From: Ruminococcus sp.
GTDB taxonomy: Bacteria; Bacillota; Clostridia; Oscillospirales; Ruminococcaceae
Assembly (NCBI GenBank): GCA_017525915.1
Contig: JAFXSC010000014.1
Coordinates: 12,075 to 76,074, forward strand
Length of the DNA: 64,000 bases
Direction of reading: 5' to 3'
Of the stretch, positions 36,901-46,590 are shown in pieces. A program made the translations under genes and the position numbers. Every line of letters begins with the position of its first letter. Within the stretch, counting starts at the first letter, position 1. The notes beneath the pieces were generated by a model. The model was given only the letters and a program-made list of their open reading frames with translations. It was not told the DNA's origin and ran no database searches.

Positions 36901-39900
36901 ATGGGCAACAGAAAACGAATAGCTTTGTTTGCCGGACAGGCTGACGAAGCCTACCAGAGCCGTTTTATCAGCGGCTTTATAAAAAATGCGTTTGCAGGCG
37001 GTTATGATGTCTGTGTATTCTCTATGTACCGCAAGTATCAGGACACTCCTGAGCGCGAGCAGGGCGAATCCAACATCTTCTCGCTGATGAATCCGGATAT
37101 GTTCGATGGTGCCGTGATACTCAAGGACAGCATCCAGACCCAGGACGCCGCCGACAAGCTCGAACTTCGCCTCAAGGAGATCTTCAACAGACCCATAGTC
37201 ATTATCGAGAAGGAAAGCGAGCTTTTCCCGAGCATCTGCACCGACTGCTATTCCGCGGTGTTTGAACTCGTCACCCACCTCATCGAGGTACACGGCTGCC
37301 GCGATATCGCCTATCTTTCCGGTAAAAAATGGCACAAGCACTCCAAGGAGCGTCTGAAAGCCTACCGTGATGCAATGGCAGCAGCCGGTCTGAGCGTATC
37401 GGAGGATCGCATAATCTACGGAGATTTCTGGTACCAGAGCGGTGAGATGTGCGCGGAGGAACTCCTTGCAGACGGCAGGAAGCTTCCCGATGCAGTTGCC
37501 TGCGCGAACGACCAGATGGCGATAGGTCTGTGCCGTGCATTTGAGGAGCGCGGTATAAAAGTGCCGGATGATATCATCGTTATCGGCTATGATTCGACGT
37601 TCGAAGGGCAGACCAGTCCGCGCTCGATCACATCGGCGCTTATCCCTTCCGAGGAGTTCGGCGAATACGCCTTCAACTTCCTCATGGACAGAATGAACGG
37701 AAAGGTCCCGGAATCCTTCAAGCTAAAGTCAAAGCTCCTCCTCGGCGAGAGCTGCGGCTGCGGCACCATGCCCGGGCATATCATAAAGCGCAGCGAATGG
37801 GGCACGGCTATCTCGGATGAGGGCTATGATTCGGTTTTCAATACCATGAATGAGAACCTCCTCTTACAGACCAGTCTCCAGGATTTCATCGGCACGCTCT
37901 ATTCCTATGTCTATCAGCTGCACGGCGCGGAGGAATACCACCTCTGCATCGCCGCAGAATGGAATAATACAACTCAGAACACCCATATCAAAAACAGCGG
38001 CTATCCGCGGAAAATGATACACGCAATTCGCTATTCCTGCGACCGCATGAGCAATATCGCCGGTACGGACGAGTTGTTCGACACCTCGGAAATGCTCCCG
38101 GATCTTGACGACGACCGCAGCACTCCCGCCGCTTATTTCTTCACTCCCGTTTTCTTTGAAACGGAATGCTTTGGTTATTCAGTCATAAGCTACGGCAGCA
38201 GCCTCCGCAGTTACGACGATACCTACCGTCTCTGGAACGGCTCGGTATGCCGGGGGCTTGGAGTTCTAAGGCGCACTCTCGTCATGCAGAGTATGCAGGA
38301 GAAACTCGAACACTTCCGCAGCAGCAAGTTCGACGTTACAAACCGCGCTTACGAAAGTCTTGAACCGTCGGAACAGAACCAGTACCAGCTCGTTTCAAAG
38401 ATACTCGACGACAACCTTCTCGATTATTATTTCCAGCCGATCGTAAGCGCAGTGGACGGCAGTGTTTACGCCTATGAGGCACTTATGCGCTCGCGCACGG
38501 AGACAAAGGTCTCGCCGCTTTCCATCATTAAGTACGCCACCATGCAGGAACGCCTTCCGGACGTTGAACGTGCGACCTTCATGAACGTTCTGAACTACAT
38601 TGACAAGAACGAGGACAGCTTCGGAGGAGCAAGAGTTTTCATCAACAGCATTCCCGGCGTGAGCGTCGGTGAGGAAGCAATGCCGGAGTTGAGCAGCTAC
38701 CTCGCTGCCCATGCTGAACGTGTAGTCATTGAGCTTACGGAAGAAGCAGAGCTGAAAGATTCAGAGCTTGAAACGCTGAAAGACTACTTCGGGAAAATGC
38801 ACATCGACATCGCCGTTGACGATTACGGCACAGGCTACTCCAACGTCAGCAACCTCCTGCGCTATATGCCGGATTTTGTCAAGATCGACCGCGCACTCCT
38901 CAGTGAGATACACGAATACCCCCAGAAGCAGCATTTCGTCCGCGAGATAATCGACTTCTGCCACGATAACGGAATCAAGGCGCTTGCCGAGGGCGTTGAG
39001 ACTGAGGAGGAGCTCCGCACCGTCATTCACCTCGGTGCTGACCTTATACAGGGCTTCTATACGGCAAAGCCCTCTGCGGATGTAATGTGCCAGATAGATG
39101 AAAAGTGCCGCAGCCAGATAAAACAGTTCCACCAGGAACGCATCGACGGCGACAACAAGCATATCTACATTGCCGGAAAGACCAACCGCGTTCCGCTCGC
39201 AAAGCTCGAAAAGAGCGGATGTACGGATATTGTCATCGGATATGACGAAATGGTCTACAAGGACATCTCCATTATCGGTACTCCGCAGATGAAAACCAAG
39301 CTGCATATGCGTATCGAGCCGAATTACCACGGCCGCATCACCCTTGAGGACGTATGGTTCTCGAATGTCAAGAACCGTCCCTGCATTGAGCTTGGCGAGA
39401 ATACCAACGTCACGCTCGTGCTCGTCGGCACGAATACTCTCGCCGACTCCGGAATACAGGTGCCGGAATCATCAAGGCTCGTCATCGAGGGCGACGGCGC
39501 AGTAAATATCACACTGAATGCCTCAGAATCCTTCGGCATCGGCAATACCCACCAATCTCGCCACGGCGAACTCGTATTCGATCAGGACGGTCCAGTAAAC
39601 ATTAACTGCCGTGGCATGAACGCCGTATGTATAGGCTCGGGTCTCGGCGGAAATATACACATAAACCGCGGTGAGTTCAATTTCAGCATCAACAACGAAG
39701 CAGCTGTCGGCATCGGCGCTCTCACAGGAGATGTCGATCTGCTTATTTCGACCTGCCACATCGAAGCTGACTGCGCAGCAAGCACAAGCGTCTTCATAGG
39801 CTCACTCAGCGGAAACGCCGATATCACGCTGAATAAGAGTGCAGTCATTCTGTATTCGCACGGCAAGGACACTGTTACCTTCGGTACGCTCAACGGCAAA

Positions 39901-40245
39901 AAAGCTTCGGTGCGTACCGATCAGGTCAGTCTTGTGCTGAGCGTTATGGCTGACAGTTCGACCTGCTTCGGCGCACTCAACGGAAGCTCGGATCTCTGCC
40001 TCAACAATGCCCATATCAAGATTGACTCCATAGGTCATTCAGCCCTCACCTTCGGCGGTTACAGCGACGATTCCAGAGTAATGATAAACGACTCCGATAT
40101 TATGATCGACATTAATTCCTCGCTCGGAAAGGAGACCTCCGCTTCCGGCGAAAACTACGTCATCAGAAACGGCAGATTCAGACTTAAAGTCAACGGCAGC
40201 GAAATCCAGCGCAGCATCACTACCAAATATGCCGCAGATCAATAA
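36901..40245 (+). CDS. cytoplasmic LacI-type sugar-binding domain - EAL - beta-helix repeat protein
   Basis: N-terminal LacI/PBP1 motifs (HGCRDIAYLSG, ERLKAY, PDAVACANDQMAIGL, VPDDIIVIGYD) without an HTH; YEALMR, DDYGTGYSN and EGVET; C-terminal GIG/CIGSG repeats; no TM or signal peptide. Confidence 0.82.
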   Translation: MGNRKRIALFAGQADEAYQSRFISGFIKNAFAGGYDVCVFSMYRKYQDTPEREQGESNIFSLMNPDMFDGAVILKDSIQTQDAADKLELRLKEIFNRPIVIIEKESELFPSICTDCYSAVFELVTHLIEVHGCRDIAYLSGKKWHKHSKERLKAYRDAMAAAGLSVSEDRIIYGDFWYQSGEMCAEELLADGRKLPDAVACANDQMAIGLCRAFEERGIKVPDDIIVIGYDSTFEGQTSPRSITSALIPSEEFGEYAFNFLMDRMNGKVPESFKLKSKLLLGESCGCGTMPGHIIKRSEWGTAISDEGYDSVFNTMNENLLLQTSLQDFIGTLYSYVYQLHGAEEYHLCIAAEWNNTTQNTHIKNSGYPRKMIHAIRYSCDRMSNIAGTDELFDTSEMLPDLDDDRSTPAAYFFTPVFFETECFGYSVISYGSSLRSYDDTYRLWNGSVCRGLGVLRRTLVMQSMQEKLEHFRSSKFDVTNRAYESLEPSEQNQYQLVSKILDDNLLDYYFQPIVSAVDGSVYAYEALMRSRTETKVSPLSIIKYATMQERLPDVERATFMNVLNYIDKNEDSFGGARVFINSIPGVSVGEEAMPELSSYLAAHAERVVIELTEEAELKDSELETLKDYFGKMHIDIAVDDYGTGYSNVSNLLRYMPDFVKIDRALLSEIHEYPQKQHFVREIIDFCHDNGIKALAEGVETEEELRTVIHLGADLIQGFYTAKPSADVMCQIDEKCRSQIKQFHQERIDGDNKHIYIAGKTNRVPLAKLEKSGCTDIVIGYDEMVYKDISIIGTPQMKTKLHMRIEPNYHGRITLEDVWFSNVKNRPCIELGENTNVTLVLVGTNTLADSGIQVPESSRLVIEGDGAVNITLNASESFGIGNTHQSRHGELVFDQDGPVNINCRGMNAVCIGSGLGGNIHINRGEFNFSINNEAAVGIGALTGDVDLLISTCHIEADCAASTSVFIGSLSGNADITLNKSAVILYSHGKDTVTFGTLNGKKASVRTDQVSLVLSVMADSSTCFGALNGSSDLCLNNAHIKIDSIGHSALTFGGYSDDSRVMINDSDIMIDINSSLGKETSASGENYVIRNGRFRLKVNGSEIQRSITTKYAADQ

Positions 40246-40277
40246 GAAACAGCTCCCTTGCGGGAGCTGTTTCTTTT
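40244..40277. terminator. bidirectional intrinsic terminator
   Basis: aagaaacagctccc-ttgc-gggagctgtttctt perfect 14-bp stem. Confidence 0.9.
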
Positions 40278-40282
40278 CAGGA

Positions 40283-41938
40283 TTAATTAGAGGAAAGGTT
40301 ATTGGCAATCTCACATCTTCTGCGTACTTCGGCGGTAAGGGCATCGAAATACACCTTCGGATTTGCGTCGTTATACTCCTTCTTGTACTCCTCCCATGAT
40401 TTCTCAAAATCATCGCTCATAACGCAGAGAGGAAGGTATTTGCGCTTTAATCTGTCGAGGCTCTGAGCGACCTTGCCGTACTCGGTAGCATCGGTAACTG
40501 AGCTTGTGAACGACCACATCGGATACCAGTCGGGATTTTTCGAGGGGGTATTGAAGAATTCCGTGTAGGTCTGTTTACCGTAAGCATCAAAGCACTTCTG
40601 AATAACGGGGTCAAGGTGGTCATGGAAGATCTTCGGCTGATTTTCGACAGTGTAAGCATTCTTGCCGTCAGGTGCCATTCCTACATAATGCGGCATATAG
40701 CTGTACATACACCTGTGCTTAATAGAGTAGTCATGGTCGAACCAGTTCTTGTACTGTTCATCAGTCTGGTCGAAGTAACCTTCCTCATTGACAAAATAGT
40801 CAACGCCTTCAACGCCCCAGTAGCGGAGGTTCTGCACCTCAGGTTCGATCAGCTTGCTCATGAATTCAACTGCCCCCTCGGGGTCCGAGCAGCTTACGCT
40901 TACTCCGACACCTGTTGATGCATTGAAGGCAGGATAGTCACGGTAGTGCTCGGTTATGCCTTCCTTAATAGTAAGTCCGAACGGGATATATGTACACTCG
41001 GCAGGAAGCTTGCGCTCGGTCGAGCCGAAGCTCCAGTGCTGATCCACCATTCCAAGAACTCTGCCGGTCGCCATCTTTTCATAGTAAGCTTCATGTCCCA
41101 TAACGAAGCAGTCCGGGTCAATAATGCCCTTGCGGTATTCCTCGTTAAGCTTGCTGAACCACTTCTTAGCGGTCGGCGAAAGGTTGTAGTCATTAGCTTC
41201 AAGCTTTTCCGGATCAACGATACAGCATCCGTCATTCGGATAGCCGTCAAGGAACATCGGCGGATTGTCCAGAGAAAACATACGGACGTCAGAGAACTGC
41301 ATCTCATACCCTATATAAGGCTTGCCTTCAGCATCGGTAGGATTTGCTTTGATATAGGACTCTATCAGATCGAAATAGTCATCAAGGGTCTTCAGTTCGG
41401 GATAATTTGCCCATTCGAGCACTCTGACCTGTATCCAGAAAGCCTCACCGTCATGGACGTTGGCAGTATTCTGCTGGTTGATTGCCGAGAACAGCGGGAT
41501 AAAGTATATATGACCGTCCTCCGCGCGGAGAGTTTCCCATTCAGCATCGGTATAGAGAGCTTTGAGGTTGGGGTACTTGTCCCAGTAATTGTCGAGCGGG
41601 ATAAAAGCCTTTTCCTTTATAAGTCGCTGACAGTTGGGACCGTCCGGCGAAATGAAATCCGGATACTTTCCAGACATTATCATATCGCTGAATAATGCGT
41701 CGGTGTCAGCCTGATCCTCCAGCCATGTCTCATTAAGGATACCGCCGGTCTTTTCTGCTATGAGCCGCTGAACATCGTTATCCTTGTCCAGAACAGCATC
41801 ATTCCGCGCACAGAAGAAGCCGGAAAACTCCTTTATCTCCTGTTGTTTTTCACTTTCCTTTTTTGAGGAAGAGCAGCCCGATGAAGTGCATATAAGTGCT
41901 AAAGCGGATACTGCTGCCATTACCTTTCTATTCATCAT
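40283..41938 (-). CDS. carbohydrate ABC transporter substrate-binding lipoprotein (LplA-like), orphan
   Basis: Lipobox SSGC; FIPLDNY, KTLDDYFDLI and YWGVEGVDY motifs typical of oligosaccharide-binding proteins; no adjacent permease. Confidence 0.8.
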   Translation of the reverse strand: MMNRKVMAAVSALALICTSSGCSSSKKESEKQQEIKEFSGFFCARNDAVLDKDNDVQRLIAEKTGGILNETWLEDQADTDALFSDMIMSGKYPDFISPDGPNCQRLIKEKAFIPLDNYWDKYPNLKALYTDAEWETLRAEDGHIYFIPLFSAINQQNTANVHDGEAFWIQVRVLEWANYPELKTLDDYFDLIESYIKANPTDAEGKPYIGYEMQFSDVRMFSLDNPPMFLDGYPNDGCCIVDPEKLEANDYNLSPTAKKWFSKLNEEYRKGIIDPDCFVMGHEAYYEKMATGRVLGMVDQHWSFGSTERKLPAECTYIPFGLTIKEGITEHYRDYPAFNASTGVGVSVSCSDPEGAVEFMSKLIEPEVQNLRYWGVEGVDYFVNEEGYFDQTDEQYKNWFDHDYSIKHRCMYSYMPHYVGMAPDGKNAYTVENQPKIFHDHLDPVIQKCFDAYGKQTYTEFFNTPSKNPDWYPMWSFTSSVTDATEYGKVAQSLDRLKRKYLPLCVMSDDFEKSWEEYKKEYNDANPKVYFDALTAEVRRRCEIANNLSSN

Positions 41939-42216
41939 ACTATATCCCCCTTATTATTAAAATTATATTTGTTCTCCCACTGCATATAGTTGTGAGTTTT
42001 ATACATTATCAGTATACACCTTTTATCGTAATATGTCAATTTCCAACAAGCAATATTACATGAAAATTTACAATTCAGACGCATTTTCATAATATTTTTC
42101 CCAGGGAACGAAAAACCGGCTGTATGCGGTACAGCCGGCTCGTTCCGATATTGACAAAAGCCTCACCTTCTGCTATTATTATTACACAAAATCTTTCATC
42201 GGTGAGGTAACAGACA

Positions 42217-42996
42217 ATGATAAAAAATGAATATTCAGCAGCAGACAATGCCGTAAAGCTCATTCCTCTCGGAGAAGCCGACCGCGAGCAGTTCATAAGT
42301 GACAATCAGGAAGCGTTCAATTACGGCGCTCTGGAGGAATTCGGTCTGCGCGACGACCATTTTGAAGAGGAAGGCGAGATAATCTCTCACGAAACGATCT
42401 CCCGTGCGATCGACGCAGGTGCAGCATACCGCATAATGCAGAACGGCAAGCCTGTCGGCGGTGTTGTGATACGGACAGAGTACGACCACGGCGAGCTTGA
42501 ACTGCTGTTCGTCTCCCCTGCCGTTCACAGCAAGGGCATCGGCTATGCAGCATGGTGTGCGGTCGAGGAACTTCACCCGGAGGTAACTGTCTGGAACACC
42601 GTAACTCCCTATTTTGAGAAGCGCAATATCCACTTCTATGTAAACCGCTGCGGCTTCAGCATAGTTGCATTCTACAACGACCATTTCCCAGACCCGAACG
42701 ATACTGACGACGAGCATTCCGAAATGTTCAGATTTGAAAAGGTGCTGCATGACACGCCCGAATCTGTGCAGGCACAGATACAGCGCATCACATACTTTGA
42801 AGGCATCATGGAGCTTGCGGAAAACGGTTCCGCAGAAGCGCTCAGTGCCCTGTCCAGTTATTACGGCAGTGCCGCATGGAAGCGCGACTTTGCCGCCGAT
42901 GAAGCAGGACTTCTCCCCAAAGAGCTGAAACGGGGTGTACTGTCGGAGGACGGCATTTACGACCTGCTGGAAGGGTTAGTTTTTCCCAAGACTTGA
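42217..42996 (+). CDS. GNAT acetyltransferase fused to a DUF4298-like C-terminal domain
   Basis: LELLFVSPAVHSKGIGY and NIHFYVNRCGF motifs; C-terminal YYGSAAWKRDFAADEAGLLPKELKRGVLSEDGIYDLL; promoter TTGACA-17-TATTAT at 42151-79. Confidence 0.75.
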   Translation: MIKNEYSAADNAVKLIPLGEADREQFISDNQEAFNYGALEEFGLRDDHFEEEGEIISHETISRAIDAGAAYRIMQNGKPVGGVVIRTEYDHGELELLFVSPAVHSKGIGYAAWCAVEELHPEVTVWNTVTPYFEKRNIHFYVNRCGFSIVAFYNDHFPDPNDTDDEHSEMFRFEKVLHDTPESVQAQIQRITYFEGIMELAENGSAEALSALSSYYGSAAWKRDFAADEAGLLPKELKRGVLSEDGIYDLLEGLVFPKT

Positions 42997-43017
42997 ATAC
43001 AGGCTATGCCTGATACA

Positions 43018-44745
43018 TCATTTGCCGCTGACGAGCATCTCATAGGTCACGCCGTATTTCTCAGCGATATCCCTGCCGTATGATGAACCCTCCGGCTTAG
43101 CTAACGCAACCTTGAAGGAGCGCTTCCCCTCATCGGTCCTCATGACCAGTGAAGCTGCTCCTGCACCGCTGCTTTCACGGGTAAGCTCCTCGGCGTCCTC
43201 ACCCAGCTTGTGCATATGGGTATTGTATATCGTCCGCACGCCTTTGGAAAGTATCGCCTTTACTGAATCTCTTGCAATGTAGTAGCCCTCCTCGAAAGAG
43301 GTGGTGGAGAATGTCTCATTCAGAAGCAGGAGGCTCCTGTCTGTGGACTGAGAGAAAATCTCTTTGAAGCGGACACACTCCTCGCCCAGTCTTCCGAGGT
43401 CCATAGTCTTGTCCTCGTCCGCAGGAAAATGTGTATAGATACAGTCACACGGAACATAGCGGAAGCTCCCCGCCGGAACGAACAGTCCTCCCTGCGCCAG
43501 TACAAATAGCTGTCCGGCTGCCTGAGTTATAGTGGTCTTTCCGCCGCGGTTCGCACCGGTGAGGATATAGACCGTGTGGTTTTTGTCAAAGGAAATGTCA
43601 TTGGCAACGATCTTGCTGACGTTCTCCATTGCCATTGCAAGCTTCAGGTTATAGAAGCCCTTTGCTTCAGTGGAAGCACCGTTCTCAGCGACCGGCTGAG
43701 CTTCACTGAACACGCAGCCCTTTTCCATAAGACCGCCTATCAGTTCGGCACATCTGATGTAGTATATGAACTCCGGCACCAGTCCGGAGATGTTCACGAT
43801 CGCAATATTTGCGTACTTGGTGAGCGTATCCCTGAGTTTCTTCACAAGCGAACCGAGCATCTTGTTCACGATCGTTTCGAGGTAGAAGGTAGAATGGCTC
43901 GTACCGTCGGCTTCCGGAGTTTTCATGACTGTCGAGCGGATATTCCCGTCAACGAACGGAGCATTCCGCACTGCCGAGAATCCGCTGAGCTTCTCGATAA
44001 AAGCACTGGCGTTTTTACTGTTCTCCTTGTCGATAAGCTGATAGTGCATATCGCCGTCCCAGTCAGAGGTTTCGCGTATCTTGTCCCTGGAAGCGATAGC
44101 GTCTGCGAAATTGCTGACGATGCCGGACTTTTTGAAGGGCTTCTTATTGACGGAAACAAGCCCTATGCTTACAGCTTCAAAACGCTCGTTGACATTGATG
44201 CCGAGGGTCACGCTCTGAACGTCGGACGCCTTTACTTTAAGCTCTGCGATATCCTTCTTCATATCGGCAAAGCAGGCGTCCTCATACAGTTCAGTGATGT
44301 AGTCCCTCAGGGAGATCAGTCCTTCGGAACGTATCCTCTCATCGGAAAGGCAGCCGCGCATGGTCTCAACGGTCCTGATATAGCTGTCAAGATCGTCAAG
44401 GCAATGAAAGAGATGCCATAATCCGAGTTCCTCATCCGAGGTCTTGTGCATGGAGGAAAAGTCCTTCATGAACTGTATCCTCCCGAACAGCTCCATCATA
44501 TTCTTTCTCAGCTCGGGCAGCCGGAAAATGTCCCCGAATATCTGCTGGCGATAGGCAGCAACAGACGGGTCGGGAGAGAGCTTCGAGAGCACATTCGTTA
44601 TCATACGGCGTTCCTTTGGGTCGCCCGAGACCTCCTCGCAAAATGCGTCAAGCCCGAGATCGTGCATAACATTATCCGGCAGCCTGCGGTATTCCACATT
44701 TGCTCCGGCAGGCTGCATAAGGCTGAAACCAGTGCTTTTGTCCAT
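43018..44745 (-). CDS. MutS-related ATPase (domain V only)
   Basis: LTGANRGGKTT, IYTHF, GRLGEE, LLLNETFSTT and NTHMH motifs; no mismatch-binding domain visible. Confidence 0.8.
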   Translation of the reverse strand: MDKSTGFSLMQPAGANVEYRRLPDNVMHDLGLDAFCEEVSGDPKERRMITNVLSKLSPDPSVAAYRQQIFGDIFRLPELRKNMMELFGRIQFMKDFSSMHKTSDEELGLWHLFHCLDDLDSYIRTVETMRGCLSDERIRSEGLISLRDYITELYEDACFADMKKDIAELKVKASDVQSVTLGINVNERFEAVSIGLVSVNKKPFKKSGIVSNFADAIASRDKIRETSDWDGDMHYQLIDKENSKNASAFIEKLSGFSAVRNAPFVDGNIRSTVMKTPEADGTSHSTFYLETIVNKMLGSLVKKLRDTLTKYANIAIVNISGLVPEFIYYIRCAELIGGLMEKGCVFSEAQPVAENGASTEAKGFYNLKLAMAMENVSKIVANDISFDKNHTVYILTGANRGGKTTITQAAGQLFVLAQGGLFVPAGSFRYVPCDCIYTHFPADEDKTMDLGRLGEECVRFKEIFSQSTDRSLLLLNETFSTTSFEEGYYIARDSVKAILSKGVRTIYNTHMHKLGEDAEELTRESSGAGAASLVMRTDEGKRSFKVALAKPEGSSYGRDIAEKYGVTYEMLVSGK

Positions 44746-44756
44746 ACTTATACCTC

Positions 44757-45590
44757 TCAGATCTTTTTCAATGGCAAACAGATATAGCTGACCGTTTCGG
44801 CAGGATCCTTCGCCGGCGGCAGATAGAATTCAAGCGAATAATTGCCTGCCAATGTGTAACCCTGCAATGACGGCAGCCACTCCGACCATATCTGCGTGTT
44901 GACCTTCTGAAGGCTGTCCGGCAGAGGTCCTCTGCACGGGAACAATGCCCACCGTCCTCCCGGTATCTGAATCGTTTCACAGCCTGCCGGTATATCCTCC
45001 CACGGCAAGTAAAGGTCAGCTATCCAGTAGTCAAAGGTCTTTCCGTCCATGTCAGAGCATACCCCGAACATTCCCTTCAGCCCTTTCATGTCTGACGTCC
45101 ATTCTTTCCAGAACTCCGGTATCTCCTTATAGCTCGTCTCGGCACTGAATCTCCTTTTGAGACCGACAAGTGTAAAAGGTGCCTTTTCCACGATTTTGTA
45201 ATCCAGCATATTTCCGCCCTCCAATGATATTCTGATATGCAGCGGTGCAAATGAGCGCAGGTTGGCTCCGGACTCCCTTGCCTGTGTCGGGGTTATGCCG
45301 TGAAAGCGCTGAAACGCTTTCGTAAAGCTGTCCGGCGAATCGTAGCCGTACTTCAAGGCGATGTCGATGACCTTGAAGTCAGAGCTTACCAGTTCCTGTG
45401 CCGCCATCGTCATACGGCGGGCACGGATGTATTCCCCGACGGTCATACCGCACAGAGCACCGAATATCCGCTGATAGTAGAATGGCGAAAGTGCCGCTTC
45501 CTTTGCGATATCTTCGATATCGAGCGTCCCGGAAAGGTTGCGCTCTATGTATTCTATCGACGTCTGAAATCCGTCTATCCAGCCGTGCAT
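44757..45590 (-). CDS. AraC family regulator with a GyrI-like effector domain
   Basis: YIERNL..IAKEAALSPFYYQRIF..KYGYDSPDSFTKAFQRFHG; C-terminal QIWSEWLPS..LEFY. Confidence 0.9.
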   Translation of the reverse strand: MHGWIDGFQTSIEYIERNLSGTLDIEDIAKEAALSPFYYQRIFGALCGMTVGEYIRARRMTMAAQELVSSDFKVIDIALKYGYDSPDSFTKAFQRFHGITPTQARESGANLRSFAPLHIRISLEGGNMLDYKIVEKAPFTLVGLKRRFSAETSYKEIPEFWKEWTSDMKGLKGMFGVCSDMDGKTFDYWIADLYLPWEDIPAGCETIQIPGGRWALFPCRGPLPDSLQKVNTQIWSEWLPSLQGYTLAGNYSLEFYLPPAKDPAETVSYICLPLKKI

Positions 45591-45765
45591 GACGTTTGCC
45601 TCTTTCCGCTGTGATCTCAGTATACCATCTTACCGAACTCCTGTCCCGACTATTTATGCTCTCTTTGTCAGGAAAGGAACGGAATGCGGCATACCGCTGA
45701 CAGTCTTTGTTATCGTTCATTCCGGTTATCACGGGCAGGCTGAGCGTCTGCCCTGTTTCAATAAT

Positions 45766-45794
45766 ATTATACTAAACTCTGCCGCAAAAGTCAA
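45766..45794 (-). promoter_or_regulatory. sigma-A promoter about 170 nt upstream of the AraC gene
   Basis: Reverse strand TTGACT (45794-89), 17 nt, TATAAT (45771-66). Confidence 0.65.
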
Positions 45795-45899
45795 TCGGCA
45801 GCTTTCGGCTGAGTTCCCTGCTGCCTCTACTGACAACCCGACCTGTTTGAAAACATGAAAGCCTGTAACCGGCATTTCTGCTGTTACAGGCTTTTCCGC

Positions 45900-46577
45900 T
45901 TATGCGTCAATCAGCTTGTGATCTGCAAGCTTCACTATTCTGCTGCCGTAGGCTGCACATTCAGGCGAATGTGTGACCTGAAGTATCGTTATGCCCTTCT
46001 CCTCGTTTAGCCGCTTGAAAAGCTTCATTATCTCCTCACCGGAAGAACTGTCGAGGTTTCCGGTAGCCTCGTCCGCAAGAAGTATCTCCGGCTCCGTGAG
46101 GACCGCTCTCGCTATCGAACAGCGCTGCTGCTGACCTCCGGAAAGCTGTGAAGGGTAGCACTTCCGCTTTGCCGTAAGACCGGTCAGCTCCAGCAGTTCA
46201 TCGAGCTTCTGCTTGTAGTCCTTTGTTTTTCTTCCGGAAAGCTCTATCGGAAGGAGTATGTTCTCCTCGACAGTCAGGTTTGCAACAAGGTTATAGAACT
46301 GGAACACATAGCTCAGCTTGAATGAACGTATCTCCGAAAGCTGGCTGTCGCTCATACCTGCGATGCTCCTGCCGCCGATACGGATATCGCCAGTAAAATC
46401 GCGGTCGAGTCCGCCTATAAGGTACAGCAGCGTGGATTTTCCGCTGCCGGAAGCACCGGTCAGCGAGACAAAGCTGCCCTTCCCGATCGAAAGGTCAGCA
46501 CCATCATAGATAAGCGCCTCATTTTCACCGGAACCGAAACGCTTTTTCAGATTTCTAATCTCTATTACATTACTCAT
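45900..46577 (-). CDS. ABC transporter ATP-binding subunit (LolD/MacB type)
   Basis: GASGSGKST, LSGGQQQR and ADEATGNLD motifs; GGAGG RBS before ATG 46577. Confidence 0.92.
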   Translation of the reverse strand: MSNVIEIRNLKKRFGSGENEALIYDGADLSIGKGSFVSLTGASGSGKSTLLYLIGGLDRDFTGDIRIGGRSIAGMSDSQLSEIRSFKLSYVFQFYNLVANLTVEENILLPIELSGRKTKDYKQKLDELLELTGLTAKRKCYPSQLSGGQQQRCSIARAVLTEPEILLADEATGNLDSSSGEEIMKLFKRLNEEKGITILQVTHSPECAAYGSRIVKLADHKLIDA

Positions 46578-46590
46578 AACAGTACCTCCG

